Positions 29,579-38,721 of a stretch of 64,000 bases of DNA are shown here, piece by piece (the first letter of the stretch is position 1; each line of letters opens with the position of its first letter). The DNA lies in IMG/VR virus record IMGVR_UViG_3300028610_002065, positions 1 through 64,000 of that record. One strand, written 5' to 3'. The DNA comes from a virus (taxonomy: Duplodnaviria > Caudoviricetes). The notes beneath the pieces are model-generated. The model worked only from the letters and a program-made list of their open reading frames with translations. It made no database searches and was not told the DNA's origin. The translations under genes were made by a program, and so were the position numbers.

Positions 29579-29920
29579 TTACACCTCTTGTTTTCTATAT
29601 TGAATTTCATTCCATGGGGTAAAGTAGCAATTATTCAAGTTGAATTGACTTAAAATTGTTTCGAGTAATTGTTGTGCATAATGATTGAATGGCATTTTTC
29701 TTAGTTCATTTGGAATACAGAATTTACCACTGCTTGGTTGAGCATTTGGATGTTCTCCATTGATATGAACGTTATCTAGTTTGCCATCAATTATTGTAAG
29801 TTTATACCCTTTGATAAGATATTTACGTGGATACTTTATTATTCTGTAAACATCCCCGTTGTGAATGATTTTTTGTGGACTAATAAGGTTTTTAACTTCG
29901 ACTTTTTTAAGATCCATCAT
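29579..29920 (-). CDS. Minimal E2/UBC-like protein
   Basis: HPNAQPSSGKFC matches the UBC HPN(I/V)...G.(I)C active site; follows a ThiF gene. Confidence 0.55.
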   Translation of the reverse strand: MMDLKKVEVKNLISPQKIIHNGDVYRIIKYPRKYLIKGYKLTIIDGKLDNVHINGEHPNAQPSSGKFCIPNELRKMPFNHYAQQLLETILSQFNLNNCYFTPWNEIQYRKQEV

Positions 29921-30771
29921 GCTGCTCCTGTCTCTGGAATTAACTCAATTAAAATTTTATCATACTCTTTTGTACAAGACACAACATAATTTTTAAAGTT
30001 ACATGGTATTCTTGTTACAGAATCTAAATTTGTAATTAAATCATTTGCATTTTTTAAAAACCCCATCGGTATCACTGTTTGAGACATCGGCATAGATTTA
30101 CTACCGACTATAACATTTAGATCATGCTTTTTATTTAAAGCAAGAATTGGAATAATTTTATCGGGAAGGTTAACGAATTTTTCATCTCCAGTATCATTTT
30201 CATATAAAACATCATATCGGCAGTTGTCAATCTTTTTTACATAATCTAACTCATATTTCTGTACTGACTTTAAATTAATTAATGATTTAATTGTACCGCT
30301 ATGTAAAATCATTGAAACTGTCATAGATGCATACCGTAGATCATCGCTTGTAAGAGTTTCTATATATCTACCATATAGCTGTTCTCGATAATGAACATTT
30401 TTTCTACAGTCAACAATAAGATATCTTGATGAAATATATAATCTACCATCAATATATGAGCCTCTGTTGTATGTGCTATCTCGACAATCAAGAACTAAAT
30501 CTGTATTTGGCAAATATATATGATCTTTTGTTTCGTCAAATTTTATAGGAACTGTATCAACTTGAACGTTTGTAATTATATCTTTTAATGCATCGACTTT
30601 TAATAGAGCAACGTCGATTTGCCTATATATTGAATTAGATAGATTTTTTACTTCAACTATATCGTGGTCTACAATAACTAATTTCTCTAATCCTCCTAGA
30701 TTAGAAACGGCTTCAGCAACGAAACCGCCCAATGTACCAACTCCAATTATTGTGACAGTTCGATATACCAC
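29917..30771 (-). CDS. ThiF/MoeB (E1-like) family protein, copy 2
   Basis: IIGVGTLGG, VDHDIVEVKNL, KVDAL, DCRD. GTG start at 30771 after SD AAGGAG. Confidence 0.85.
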   Translation of the reverse strand: MVYRTVTIIGVGTLGGFVAEAVSNLGGLEKLVIVDHDIVEVKNLSNSIYRQIDVALLKVDALKDIITNVQVDTVPIKFDETKDHIYLPNTDLVLDCRDSTYNRGSYIDGRLYISSRYLIVDCRKNVHYREQLYGRYIETLTSDDLRYASMTVSMILHSGTIKSLINLKSVQKYELDYVKKIDNCRYDVLYENDTGDEKFVNLPDKIIPILALNKKHDLNVIVGSKSMPMSQTVIPMGFLKNANDLITNLDSVTRIPCNFKNYVVSCTKEYDKILIELIPETGAA

Positions 30772-30797
30772 GCTTATAGTTCTCCTTTCTTTATAGT

Positions 30798-30817
30798 GGG
30801 GGAGCGTGAACTCCCCC
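30798..30817. other. GC-rich intergenic hairpin
   Basis: GGGGGAG-cgtgaa-CTCCCCC; no clear U-tract. Confidence 0.5.
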
Positions 30818-30837
30818 CCTGGCTGGCCTAGCATAAA

Positions 30838-31413
30838 TTATGCTGCTTCTGCTGACGCCTCTACTTTTACACTAGAGGCACTTCGCTCCTTCAATAAAAG
30901 AGCTTCTTCTTGTCCTGCTGGGTTTGGCCGGTATTGTGATTTGTATTTATAAGTCTGATTGGCGATCTTTATCGGATAACTTAGAGGTAGCTGAAAAGCA
31001 TATTTGGAGACACACTTTCCGTTACCATCAGATACTAAGATATCTATGGATGGATCAACCAATAAAATCTCTGGAATTTTATCCTGAAATTCTGTATCAT
31101 TATCCAGAGTTTTGCATTTAATCTCTCGCCTGACGGTTTCAAGATCTCTCCCAACTGGATTGATTTTGCCGTCATTTTCTTTTCGCATGAGAGCTTTCAT
31201 TGCCCGACCGAAGGCTTTGTTCTTTCCCGCCTTCTTACAATAGACATCTTTAACTGAGCAGATCGAAACACCTCTTGCTTCAATCCGTCTCATTTCGCTG
31301 TTGATGAATAGGCATGTGGTGAATGCATTATTCAAGATCGGAGTGCTTCTATAATAAAAAGCAACTCTATCAACGCCATTTTGATCAAATATATTCTCGA
31401 TATTTTTATCCAT
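30838..31413 (-). CDS. Conserved phage protein (G.SICS.KD...G...A.GRA motif)
   Basis: RGVSICSVKDVYCKKAGKNKAFGRA; likely start at ATG 31413. Confidence 0.6.
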   Translation of the reverse strand: MDKNIENIFDQNGVDRVAFYYRSTPILNNAFTTCLFINSEMRRIEARGVSICSVKDVYCKKAGKNKAFGRAMKALMRKENDGKINPVGRDLETVRREIKCKTLDNDTEFQDKIPEILLVDPSIDILVSDGNGKCVSKYAFQLPLSYPIKIANQTYKYKSQYRPNPAGQEEALLLKERSASSVKVEASAEAA

Positions 31414-31429
31414 CGTCAAACCCCTTTGT

Positions 31430-31460
31430 TGGTGGGGGAGCCCCAATGGAGCTCCCACCA
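31430..31460. other. Intergenic hairpin after the Ubl gene
   Basis: TGGTGGG..GAGC / GCTC..CCCACCA inverted repeat. Confidence 0.5.
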
Positions 31461-31466
31461 TAGTTT

Positions 31467-31848
31467 CTATCCCTTACGACCGGCTGGTTTCAGGAATTCG
31501 AGACGGTCACCATTTTTCAGAACATAATTGGCATCCACCTCTTTACCATTGACGAGGCCAGTGGAAAGGCGATCCACATTCAGGACCTCTCTCAGGCCCG
31601 AACGGAGCGCTGGAGTTGCTCAGTACGGAGCTACCGGTAAAGTTAATACCTTGGAGGGGACCGGCGGCCTTTGCTTTAGGGGCCACAGACGTTCCGCCAT
31701 CCTGATGTGCGATAATAGCATCAACCACAGCATCTTTCGCCAGTTTACTCAGACCGGAGATGCCGAGTTGTTGGAATGCCATTTTCTTCAGACCTTTTGC
31801 TGTCATGCTATTCAGATCTTCACGTGAGTACACTTTTCTTCGTGCCAT
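31467..31848 (-). pseudogene. Ubiquitin-like (beta-grasp) protein with N-terminal HeH/Rho-N-like domain, broken by a +1 frame discontinuity
   Basis: Frame 1 runs MARRKVYSREDL...SAPFG. The +1 frame from 31595 reads LREVLNVDRLSTGLVNGKEVDANYVLKNGDRLEFLKPAGRKG*, stop ending at 31467. Confidence 0.75.
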
Positions 31849-31862
31849 GTTACTAATTCTCC

Positions 31863-32552
31863 TTATGATGATTTTACGATTCTTGTTTGTGCATTTGCAG
31901 ACAGTTGAAGAATATCAAAATATACCTCCGACTGTTGGTCGACCTGGCCCTTTACGATCGTTTTATAAAAGACCCAGCACATGATGGTAGCTACCCCAAG
32001 ATTTGTAAAATACAGTTGGGGTTCTGCTTGAGACAATTCTTCGCATGACATTTCTTCCGGTAACTGGTCTTCGGGATTGGCAATCTCAGGATGATATGCA
32101 CAAAGATCCGGTGTTAAATCAATTCCTCCCCTCCGGACATAAACCTGCACATTACCATCTGTTAATTCGTTCCCACCAGAAATAATTGTAACATCTCTCA
32201 ATTGCATGCTGTAATTAGATATAATATTTCTGGTTTTGTGGTTGTCAACACAGATGAAGACTATGTCTCCTTCTCTGATAACCTCCGCAACATTTGTTTC
32301 ATTAATATATGCTTGAAACGAGTCAACTGGAACTTCGGGAAACTTCAACATAATTTCTGTAGCTTTCACATCCGCTTTGTTCCCGAATTGGTTAAACTCT
32401 TGCCGTTCATAGTTTTTTACTTCATAGTCGTCGCCATCTACTAAAAGGAGTTCCGCATCATAGTCTCTGCTATAATTAAGAAAGCGACATAGGCGTTCAA
32501 TGAGAATACTGCCTACTCCACCTAGTCCTATAACTGTGATATTTAACTTCAC
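31863..32552 (-). CDS. ThiF/E1-like adenylyltransferase (PRTRC-type), copy 1
   Basis: VIGLGGVGS, LVDGD.YEVKN.ERQ, CVDNHKTR, SGGNE, SCEE (candidate catalytic Cys), PQL.FTN. Confidence 0.9.
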   Translation of the reverse strand: MKLNITVIGLGGVGSILIERLCRFLNYSRDYDAELLLVDGDDYEVKNYERQEFNQFGNKADVKATEIMLKFPEVPVDSFQAYINETNVAEVIREGDIVFICVDNHKTRNIISNYSMQLRDVTIISGGNELTDGNVQVYVRRGGIDLTPDLCAYHPEIANPEDQLPEEMSCEELSQAEPQLYFTNLGVATIMCWVFYKTIVKGQVDQQSEVYFDILQLSANAQTRIVKSS

Positions 32553-34334
32553 TTACCCACCTCCACTTCCGAATACTCTTCTCATCATTTTCCTTAAAGA
32601 GTTATTGTGCTTATCTTCAGGACTTTGTGTTAAGAGAGGAATCTGTGGCTTCTGTGGATCTGGGAGCGGCTGTTTTTCTAAGGTTGAATCTTCTTCAGCT
32701 GCTGCCAGTAGTTCACCCGAATCCTTTTTGACAATCTTTTCGGATTCTATAGAAGTGCTGAATGGACTACAGTTGTAACCATCCACCATGTATTCCCTAC
32801 ATTTAGGACAGGTTGCTACATCTCCTTCTGTTATAAATACGATCTTACATGATTTGCACTTATAAGACTGATTTGCTATAAGATTGCCCCCAGATTTGAC
32901 TTCGATTTCTTCGTCTGACGTCGTGCCTGCTTCTGTTTTTCTATATTCGTTGAAATCGAGTTCCTCTTCGCAAAAAGGACATGCATCTTCTCCTTTGTGG
33001 GTGAAGGTATTACCACATGTTGGACATACGAAATCATTCCCAATAACCGGATCCATAGGAGTTACATCAATTTTCTTCATATCAATTTCATCCGGTGCTG
33101 GCTTTCCACATCCAGGGCAAATTGTTGATAAACCCAGATTAAATTTCAGATCACACTTATCACAAATTATATTGATTGATGTTTGACCTTTTTCAAACAT
33201 ATGATCATAGTTATCATCCAATACAAAGTTGTTGGTTTGTTCATCTTCATCGGGTCCGTCAACTTCTTCCGTATACTGTTCGATGGCCCAGTCGATTTTT
33301 TCATCCCTAAATAAACAGTTCTCACAGGGATTAAGATCTTCATCTTGATCATGGGGAGGAAATTCTATCCCAGCTGTTTTGTGTGGGCCAACATTTTGTG
33401 GAGGAATATGTTTACCTTGAACAACAGTCGGTGGAAGATTCTGCCTTCTCCACGGCTGACGATGTGCCCAACCCCAGGCATCAGAGTCGTAATTGCCACC
33501 CCAACCTCGGTTGGCATATGCTCCATGACCATAAGCACGACCAAGACCAGCATAACTGTATGTTCCTTTTTCAACCACGTTCATCCATTTCTTATTGAAG
33601 CGTTTCTGGTGATCTGTTACTGTTACTGCATAGCGTTTATCATACTTTCGATGTGTGTATGAATACCGAGATGTTTGCTTCTCATCTTTGACGAGTTTTC
33701 CAGCCACATATTTATATACTGTCGTTGTCGCTTTTTGAACTTCCTCATCAATATCTTGGGTTAACTTTAGTTGTTCAACATAGTCGTTTGGATTAACGAT
33801 GATGCGATAACCATTGGCAACAATTGATGCTGAAATACTGATTTCTTCATCTCTCATGTTACCAAGGGTTATATGAAGTCCATCAAAAGCTTCTTCATCT
33901 TTATCATCAGTTCCGGAGTGAAATGCCGACATTCCACCATGACTATGAATGGTTCCAATCATGGTTAATCCATCTATCGTTATACCCCTATTGTAATCGC
34001 AAGCTCCACCGGTGACCTTCTGATGTGGGGGAATGATAGTATGGGTTTTCTTTTCTTCATTGTAGAACAGTAAAACAATTGCTTCAGCGTAATACTGATG
34101 ATATACTGCTCTGAAGAACTCAATAACCTTCGCAAACTTTGGACCAGGGATTTTTGAAATTCTCATCCTGGCAGAAGCAGCAACACTTTCTAATGTTGAA
34201 ATCTGATTGACTGGAGCAACACTATCCATGACTCCAATAGTTTTCTTCAAAAAGATTCCTTCTTTTGCTATAACATAATAAACATCATCATCGGGCATTT
34301 GAGTTTGCCCGTCATTTACTACTACCTGGAACAT
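32553..34334 (-). CDS. JAB/MPN metalloprotease with multiple C-terminal Zn ribbons
   Basis: EAIVLL, GTIHSHGGMSAFHSGTDDKDE (JAMM motif); seven CxxC motifs downstream. Confidence 0.9.
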   Translation of the reverse strand: MFQVVVNDGQTQMPDDDVYYVIAKEGIFLKKTIGVMDSVAPVNQISTLESVAASARMRISKIPGPKFAKVIEFFRAVYHQYYAEAIVLLFYNEEKKTHTIIPPHQKVTGGACDYNRGITIDGLTMIGTIHSHGGMSAFHSGTDDKDEEAFDGLHITLGNMRDEEISISASIVANGYRIIVNPNDYVEQLKLTQDIDEEVQKATTTVYKYVAGKLVKDEKQTSRYSYTHRKYDKRYAVTVTDHQKRFNKKWMNVVEKGTYSYAGLGRAYGHGAYANRGWGGNYDSDAWGWAHRQPWRRQNLPPTVVQGKHIPPQNVGPHKTAGIEFPPHDQDEDLNPCENCLFRDEKIDWAIEQYTEEVDGPDEDEQTNNFVLDDNYDHMFEKGQTSINIICDKCDLKFNLGLSTICPGCGKPAPDEIDMKKIDVTPMDPVIGNDFVCPTCGNTFTHKGEDACPFCEEELDFNEYRKTEAGTTSDEEIEVKSGGNLIANQSYKCKSCKIVFITEGDVATCPKCREYMVDGYNCSPFSTSIESEKIVKKDSGELLAAAEEDSTLEKQPLPDPQKPQIPLLTQSPEDKHNNSLRKMMRRVFGSGGG

Positions 34335-36942
34335 TGATAAACCTCCCTGGTTCGTTTATAAAGTGATAGTTTGATTTTTCACTGTAATGAAAAACACCAT
34401 GAAAATTTGGATACCCCGGCAACATTCCTAGATCATCGCCTTGACTTCGTCTAATTCTTGGATTAGGAATACATTCATAAATGTACTCCCTGGTAAATGT
34501 AGAATCCATTGGCCGTGTTTCTGGATAACCGCTATAATATTCCATATACTGAGCTCTAACCCCTCGATAATCCGGAAGATGGGTCACAAAATATCCCTCT
34601 GATGTTTTATAATTGGTTGTACCATTGATTAGATCTCCGGGTTGAGGTTTTATTTTGCTTAAATCAATTGGAGCATGTTTAAGGGTTGCCCATTTCTTTG
34701 CCCTCATAGTGACTCTGGTAAAATCTTTCATCATATCATCAAACCATATGGTCTGTCCATTTGAACAAAGAACTAATGGATCTTTTCCACCAGTGTCTAT
34801 TATAAAACCGACTATAATGTTTACACATTTTTTAGGAAAACCTGAATATCCAGATTCGTTAGCAATGATTTTAGTTCCAGCAGAAACTCGATTAAACACA
34901 TTGGTTATTTTTCTTATTTTACCAATATTACAAAGTCCTAAATAACCATAAATGTATCTGATCTTTGATAAATTTCCATCTTTATCAGAAAGGATGAAAT
35001 AAAGATCTTCACATGTCGACCTGCTCTCTCGTTCAACAATTGAGAACCCTGCAATCTCTTTAACCCTTAGAATATCATGTGGGTTTTTCCAGTCAGCTGT
35101 TACAACTTTATCTCCAACCCTAAACTCAAGGTCTAATAGAAAACCTGGAAGTTTGAATGTATCATTTTTGACTAGTTCAGATATCATTCCATGTCTTGGA
35201 CGACGAAGAGCGCAATTATTTTCATAAGCGAGAGCAGGTCCAGGAACTTCCCAAGCTAAAGTTTCTCGAGGTATTGCAGTTCCATCACTATTTGTGCTAA
35301 TAAAATACATCTTTTTCCCTATTCGAAATAATCCGGGTAAAGGTTTTACATTACTTTCACGAAATAATCTTATACCAGATGAACTAGTTACTCCCTTTGT
35401 GCTCATCGGAAGACGATGGGTCACTCCACGTAGAGCACGGAAAGTATTTACAAACTCATATTCTACTTTCATTGATCCACTACTAACTCGAACTCTTTTA
35501 TAGTTCACTTTTGAAGCACACACCATAGGAGATGACCCTCTTGCATCTCTAATTAAAATATACGGTTCATCCTCTTTTAATTCAATATTATAGACTGAAG
35601 GTTTTTCCATTTCGAATTTGGTAGCATTTATGTTTTCAGCTATATAATAGTCCCTACCAACTTTAAGTTCGGCTCTGCCATCTCGTCCCACTCTAATAAA
35701 ATCAACTGAACCATAATGTTCGCTACCGTCCTTATTAGTGAATATAAGGATATCTCCAGTTTTGACTTTGAGATTGTTATTTGGTAGAACCATTTCATTT
35801 GAATATCGGAGAGCTTTATTTGAGACAGCAATATAGTCTTTCACTTTCTTGGTAAGTTTCATCATAAACTTCTTACCATTCTTATCGACCATAACATATT
35901 TTAACTTACCACCATCTTGGAAACCTATAAATGAGTCGATGTATAATACGTCACCTCTTGAGTTAGTGAACGGATCTCCAATACTTAGAAAATATTCTCC
36001 TACATATATACCGTTTGCAATATCATAAAATAATGGGAATTTCTTTCTCGATCTCGATGTTGGGAGAGCTTCCATATCAGTTCTTCCTGGAGCAAAAATG
36101 ATTTCAGCTGCTCTTGAATAAGTCAATGATTTTTCTCCAATAACGTGAGCATCGTTTTTTACCTTTGTTAACCAGTGACCGATATTACCATTTATTTCTA
36201 TCCATTTGGCATCATAAATGAACAATGGATTTTGTGTTGTTAAGTACTCCCATCTAAGATAGTTCCCAAATTCAGATTCTTCTTTTCTATATGATTCATA
36301 GTTATAAGTATAGTCAGTATTGAAAACAGCTGACCAGAATACCATAATAACATTCTGAATTGTTTGGGTTAGAGAATGTGTCTCGAACTTATTTGCCTCG
36401 CCAAAGCAAACTCTTTGATTGCTAGAAATATTCAGAAGAGGAGCTTTAAGAAGATAATCTGACATCCCTCGCATTTCTTGAGTCCTTAAAAAGACCAGAC
36501 CATCTACAAGATGTGTATCGTGTTCAATAAGTAGAATGAATATAACATATGGAAATGCTAAACTAAATGTTCTAGATGAGCCGCCAGATGCATCAAAATT
36601 CTTATATCCAAACTTTTCTAACACGTTTTCTTGTTTGAGTTGACTAACTTCAGATTCAAATCCCTTATGAATTTTTATAGTTCTGAGGGCTGGAGGTTCT
36701 TCAATCAATACCACATGACCTTTGTTAGTTTGTTCAATATATCTGCAATTAGGAGGCAGAATTCCAATATCTGAATGTCCGGATAGTTTTTTCATATAAT
36801 CATTTGTGAAAAGAGTTCTTTTTACAATGATTGGTTTACCTTCATCCTTCATAGATCCAGCACCAGGTCCAGGAAATTCTGTTAATAGATATTGAGTATA
36901 CTTAGGGTTAATCCTGATCTCTTGAATCAAATCGCTTTTCAT
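34312..36942 (-). CDS. Prokaryotic E2 family D domain fused to a long C-terminal region
   Basis: EEPPALRTI, LAFPYVIF, KAPLLNISSNQRVCFG, FWSAVFNTDY. Confidence 0.8.
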   Translation of the reverse strand: MKSDLIQEIRINPKYTQYLLTEFPGPGAGSMKDEGKPIIVKRTLFTNDYMKKLSGHSDIGILPPNCRYIEQTNKGHVVLIEEPPALRTIKIHKGFESEVSQLKQENVLEKFGYKNFDASGGSSRTFSLAFPYVIFILLIEHDTHLVDGLVFLRTQEMRGMSDYLLKAPLLNISSNQRVCFGEANKFETHSLTQTIQNVIMVFWSAVFNTDYTYNYESYRKEESEFGNYLRWEYLTTQNPLFIYDAKWIEINGNIGHWLTKVKNDAHVIGEKSLTYSRAAEIIFAPGRTDMEALPTSRSRKKFPLFYDIANGIYVGEYFLSIGDPFTNSRGDVLYIDSFIGFQDGGKLKYVMVDKNGKKFMMKLTKKVKDYIAVSNKALRYSNEMVLPNNNLKVKTGDILIFTNKDGSEHYGSVDFIRVGRDGRAELKVGRDYYIAENINATKFEMEKPSVYNIELKEDEPYILIRDARGSSPMVCASKVNYKRVRVSSGSMKVEYEFVNTFRALRGVTHRLPMSTKGVTSSSGIRLFRESNVKPLPGLFRIGKKMYFISTNSDGTAIPRETLAWEVPGPALAYENNCALRRPRHGMISELVKNDTFKLPGFLLDLEFRVGDKVVTADWKNPHDILRVKEIAGFSIVERESRSTCEDLYFILSDKDGNLSKIRYIYGYLGLCNIGKIRKITNVFNRVSAGTKIIANESGYSGFPKKCVNIIVGFIIDTGGKDPLVLCSNGQTIWFDDMMKDFTRVTMRAKKWATLKHAPIDLSKIKPQPGDLINGTTNYKTSEGYFVTHLPDYRGVRAQYMEYYSGYPETRPMDSTFTREYIYECIPNPRIRRSQGDDLGMLPGYPNFHGVFHYSEKSNYHFINEPGRFINVPGSSK

Positions 36943-37338
36943 TTATTCACCTCGTAAATATTTTACCTTCTTCGCAAATTCAGTCATGATTTTAATTGAT
37001 CTGTGATCTTTAACCTCCCATACTCTTTGCCTTTTTGGAAGCAAAGCTTCATCGGGGTTTTTTGTGTCGATTTCCGTTAATGGAAGAGTTGAGAAAATTA
37101 TGAGATATGCTTCTTTTCCCTCTCTTTCTAAAGATATAAACCCGACTTCTTTTTTGTTTCTGCCTGGAACTTCCAGCGTTAATAATGTATTTGGACCTTC
37201 TGAAAAATAATCCAAAATTCTTTTATCGAAATGAAAGTTATCACTTTCTTCTTCAATAATTTTAGTTGCAATCATATGAAGTTGTTCAATCAAATTATCT
37301 GACGGAAGCTCAGTTATAATGTCCTCTAAGATTCCCAT
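36943..37338 (-). CDS. Hypothetical protein
   Basis: SD GGAG; in operon. Confidence 0.55.
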   Translation of the reverse strand: MGILEDIITELPSDNLIEQLHMIATKIIEEESDNFHFDKRILDYFSEGPNTLLTLEVPGRNKKEVGFISLEREGKEAYLIIFSTLPLTEIDTKNPDEALLPKRQRVWEVKDHRSIKIMTEFAKKVKYLRGE

Positions 37339-37349
37339 TTAATATCTCC

Positions 37350-37679
37350 TCATTGTGTTGGTTTTGCCCAGAATCTTCTACCTCTTCGAGTTTCTAAATA
37401 ATCAACCCTATCAAATGGGACTGATCTCCATCCAAGTTTCTCAAGATCATAAACATGCATAATCTTATTAACCTGAATCAACTTTAATATTTTTTCAATA
37501 TTAACTGATTTTGGATGATCCTCTTCTGGAATTTTTGTGAAGTCAAGAGTGCAACGCATGATTCTGTCCCGATTATCTTTTGTTACAAACTTTATTCTTA
37601 CATCTTTTTCATCATAAATCTTTTTCCAAAATTGAACTGCGCTGACTATAATGTCAGAATCAATATCTCCACTAGCCAT
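37350..37679 (-). CDS. WYL_2/DUF2693-like Sm/SH3-fold protein
   Basis: FVTKDNRDRIMRCTL...VYDLEKLGWRSVPFDRV. Confidence 0.75.
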   Translation of the reverse strand: MASGDIDSDIIVSAVQFWKKIYDEKDVRIKFVTKDNRDRIMRCTLDFTKIPEEDHPKSVNIEKILKLIQVNKIMHVYDLEKLGWRSVPFDRVDYLETRRGRRFWAKPTQ

Positions 37680-38721
37680 GAGTATATCCCTCCCGTTTAT
37701 CGAGATGTACTAAATCTTCTGGTCCTGTATCATTATCATTTATATACTTACTCATTAAATGACAAGTATGATTACATAACTTGCAGTACTCTTTTTTATC
37801 TCTTTTGATTGCAGCTTCTGCTATAAAATTTATACTACCAGCAGTCATAATCAAATTTTCAAGAGTTACTATTGATGGAGTATGGACTCCTCTGATTCTT
37901 AAGCAAAGTCTAATTGAACCATCTGCATCAATTGAGATATTATGGAGGTCTTTATCAATTTCACAATTCATGTTTGATGGGAGTTTATCCCACATAGCTG
38001 GTATGAGTAATTTTTTCATATGAACATCTAAACTATCATCCTTCATAATTTTTTTAAATTGATCTGCTAGTTGTGCTGTTTGATGTACCAGAAGATTAAA
38101 ATCTGTCATATTTGAAAAATCGTAATATGGAGTTTTCGCTATGTCAATAAAAGTGACATCTGCATTTATTTCATACTTACTTAGCTCTTTTAATAGATCA
38201 TAAAGATATATGTAGTTATGTTTCATTGCAGTTATCTCGGCAACTACATCATCTACATATGCCTTTAGGTTAATTAAATTTTCTAAACCATGAATACTTT
38301 TTCGAACTCTGTCCTCTCCAGATTCTTTTTCATCATGGAACACTGGATCGACTGAAGCGGTGAACCCTTTTATTCGACCATTAACTTTATCAAAAAGATT
38401 TTTAATTAATGGTCGAATCTCCTTTGTATTGTTGGAGATTATTGTATAGTGAATGTCTTCTCTATTACAATGATTGATAATCTCATAAAGGTCTTTTCTT
38501 AATAAGGGTTCTCCGCCGTAGAATATATGAAACATATCCGGATTATGTAGTTTTAATTTATTCAAACCTTTGATAATATATTTAGTTGACATTTCATTAT
38601 TGTGATAATGTTTCATATCCGGATATTCTTCGGGTTTGTTTGGATAGTTTTTCACGATTGCACAATAATCACATTTGAGATTACATCGTCTTGTCAACAA
38701 CCAGTTTGCTATTCTAATCAT
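37672..38721 (-). CDS. Radical SAM protein with C-terminal twitch/SPASM-like Cys cluster
   Basis: CNLKCDYC, GGEPLL, C...IDADGSIRLC...CKLCNHTC. Confidence 0.9.
   Translation of the reverse strand: MIRIANWLLTRRCNLKCDYCAIVKNYPNKPEEYPDMKHYHNNEMSTKYIIKGLNKLKLHNPDMFHIFYGGEPLLRKDLYEIINHCNREDIHYTIISNNTKEIRPLIKNLFDKVNGRIKGFTASVDPVFHDEKESGEDRVRKSIHGLENLINLKAYVDDVVAEITAMKHNYIYLYDLLKELSKYEINADVTFIDIAKTPYYDFSNMTDFNLLVHQTAQLADQFKKIMKDDSLDVHMKKLLIPAMWDKLPSNMNCEIDKDLHNISIDADGSIRLCLRIRGVHTPSIVTLENLIMTAGSINFIAEAAIKRDKKEYCKLCNHTCHLMSKYINDNDTGPEDLVHLDKREGYTHG

Noticed and set aside
31543-31595. C-terminus PERGPECGSPFHWPRQW of the 101-aa ORF as a real domain
   Set aside because: The +1 frame encodes a clear beta-grasp C-terminus; this tail looks like out-of-frame read-through.
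29917-32552. Thiamine/molybdopterin biosynthesis role for the ThiF genes
   Set aside because: No thiG/thiS/moaE neighbours; the context is E2, JAB and a KG-ending Ubl.
37672-38721. QueE completing the preQ0 pathway
   Set aside because: Longer than QueE, lacks the FVRxxGCNLxC context, and has an extra C-terminal Cys cluster.
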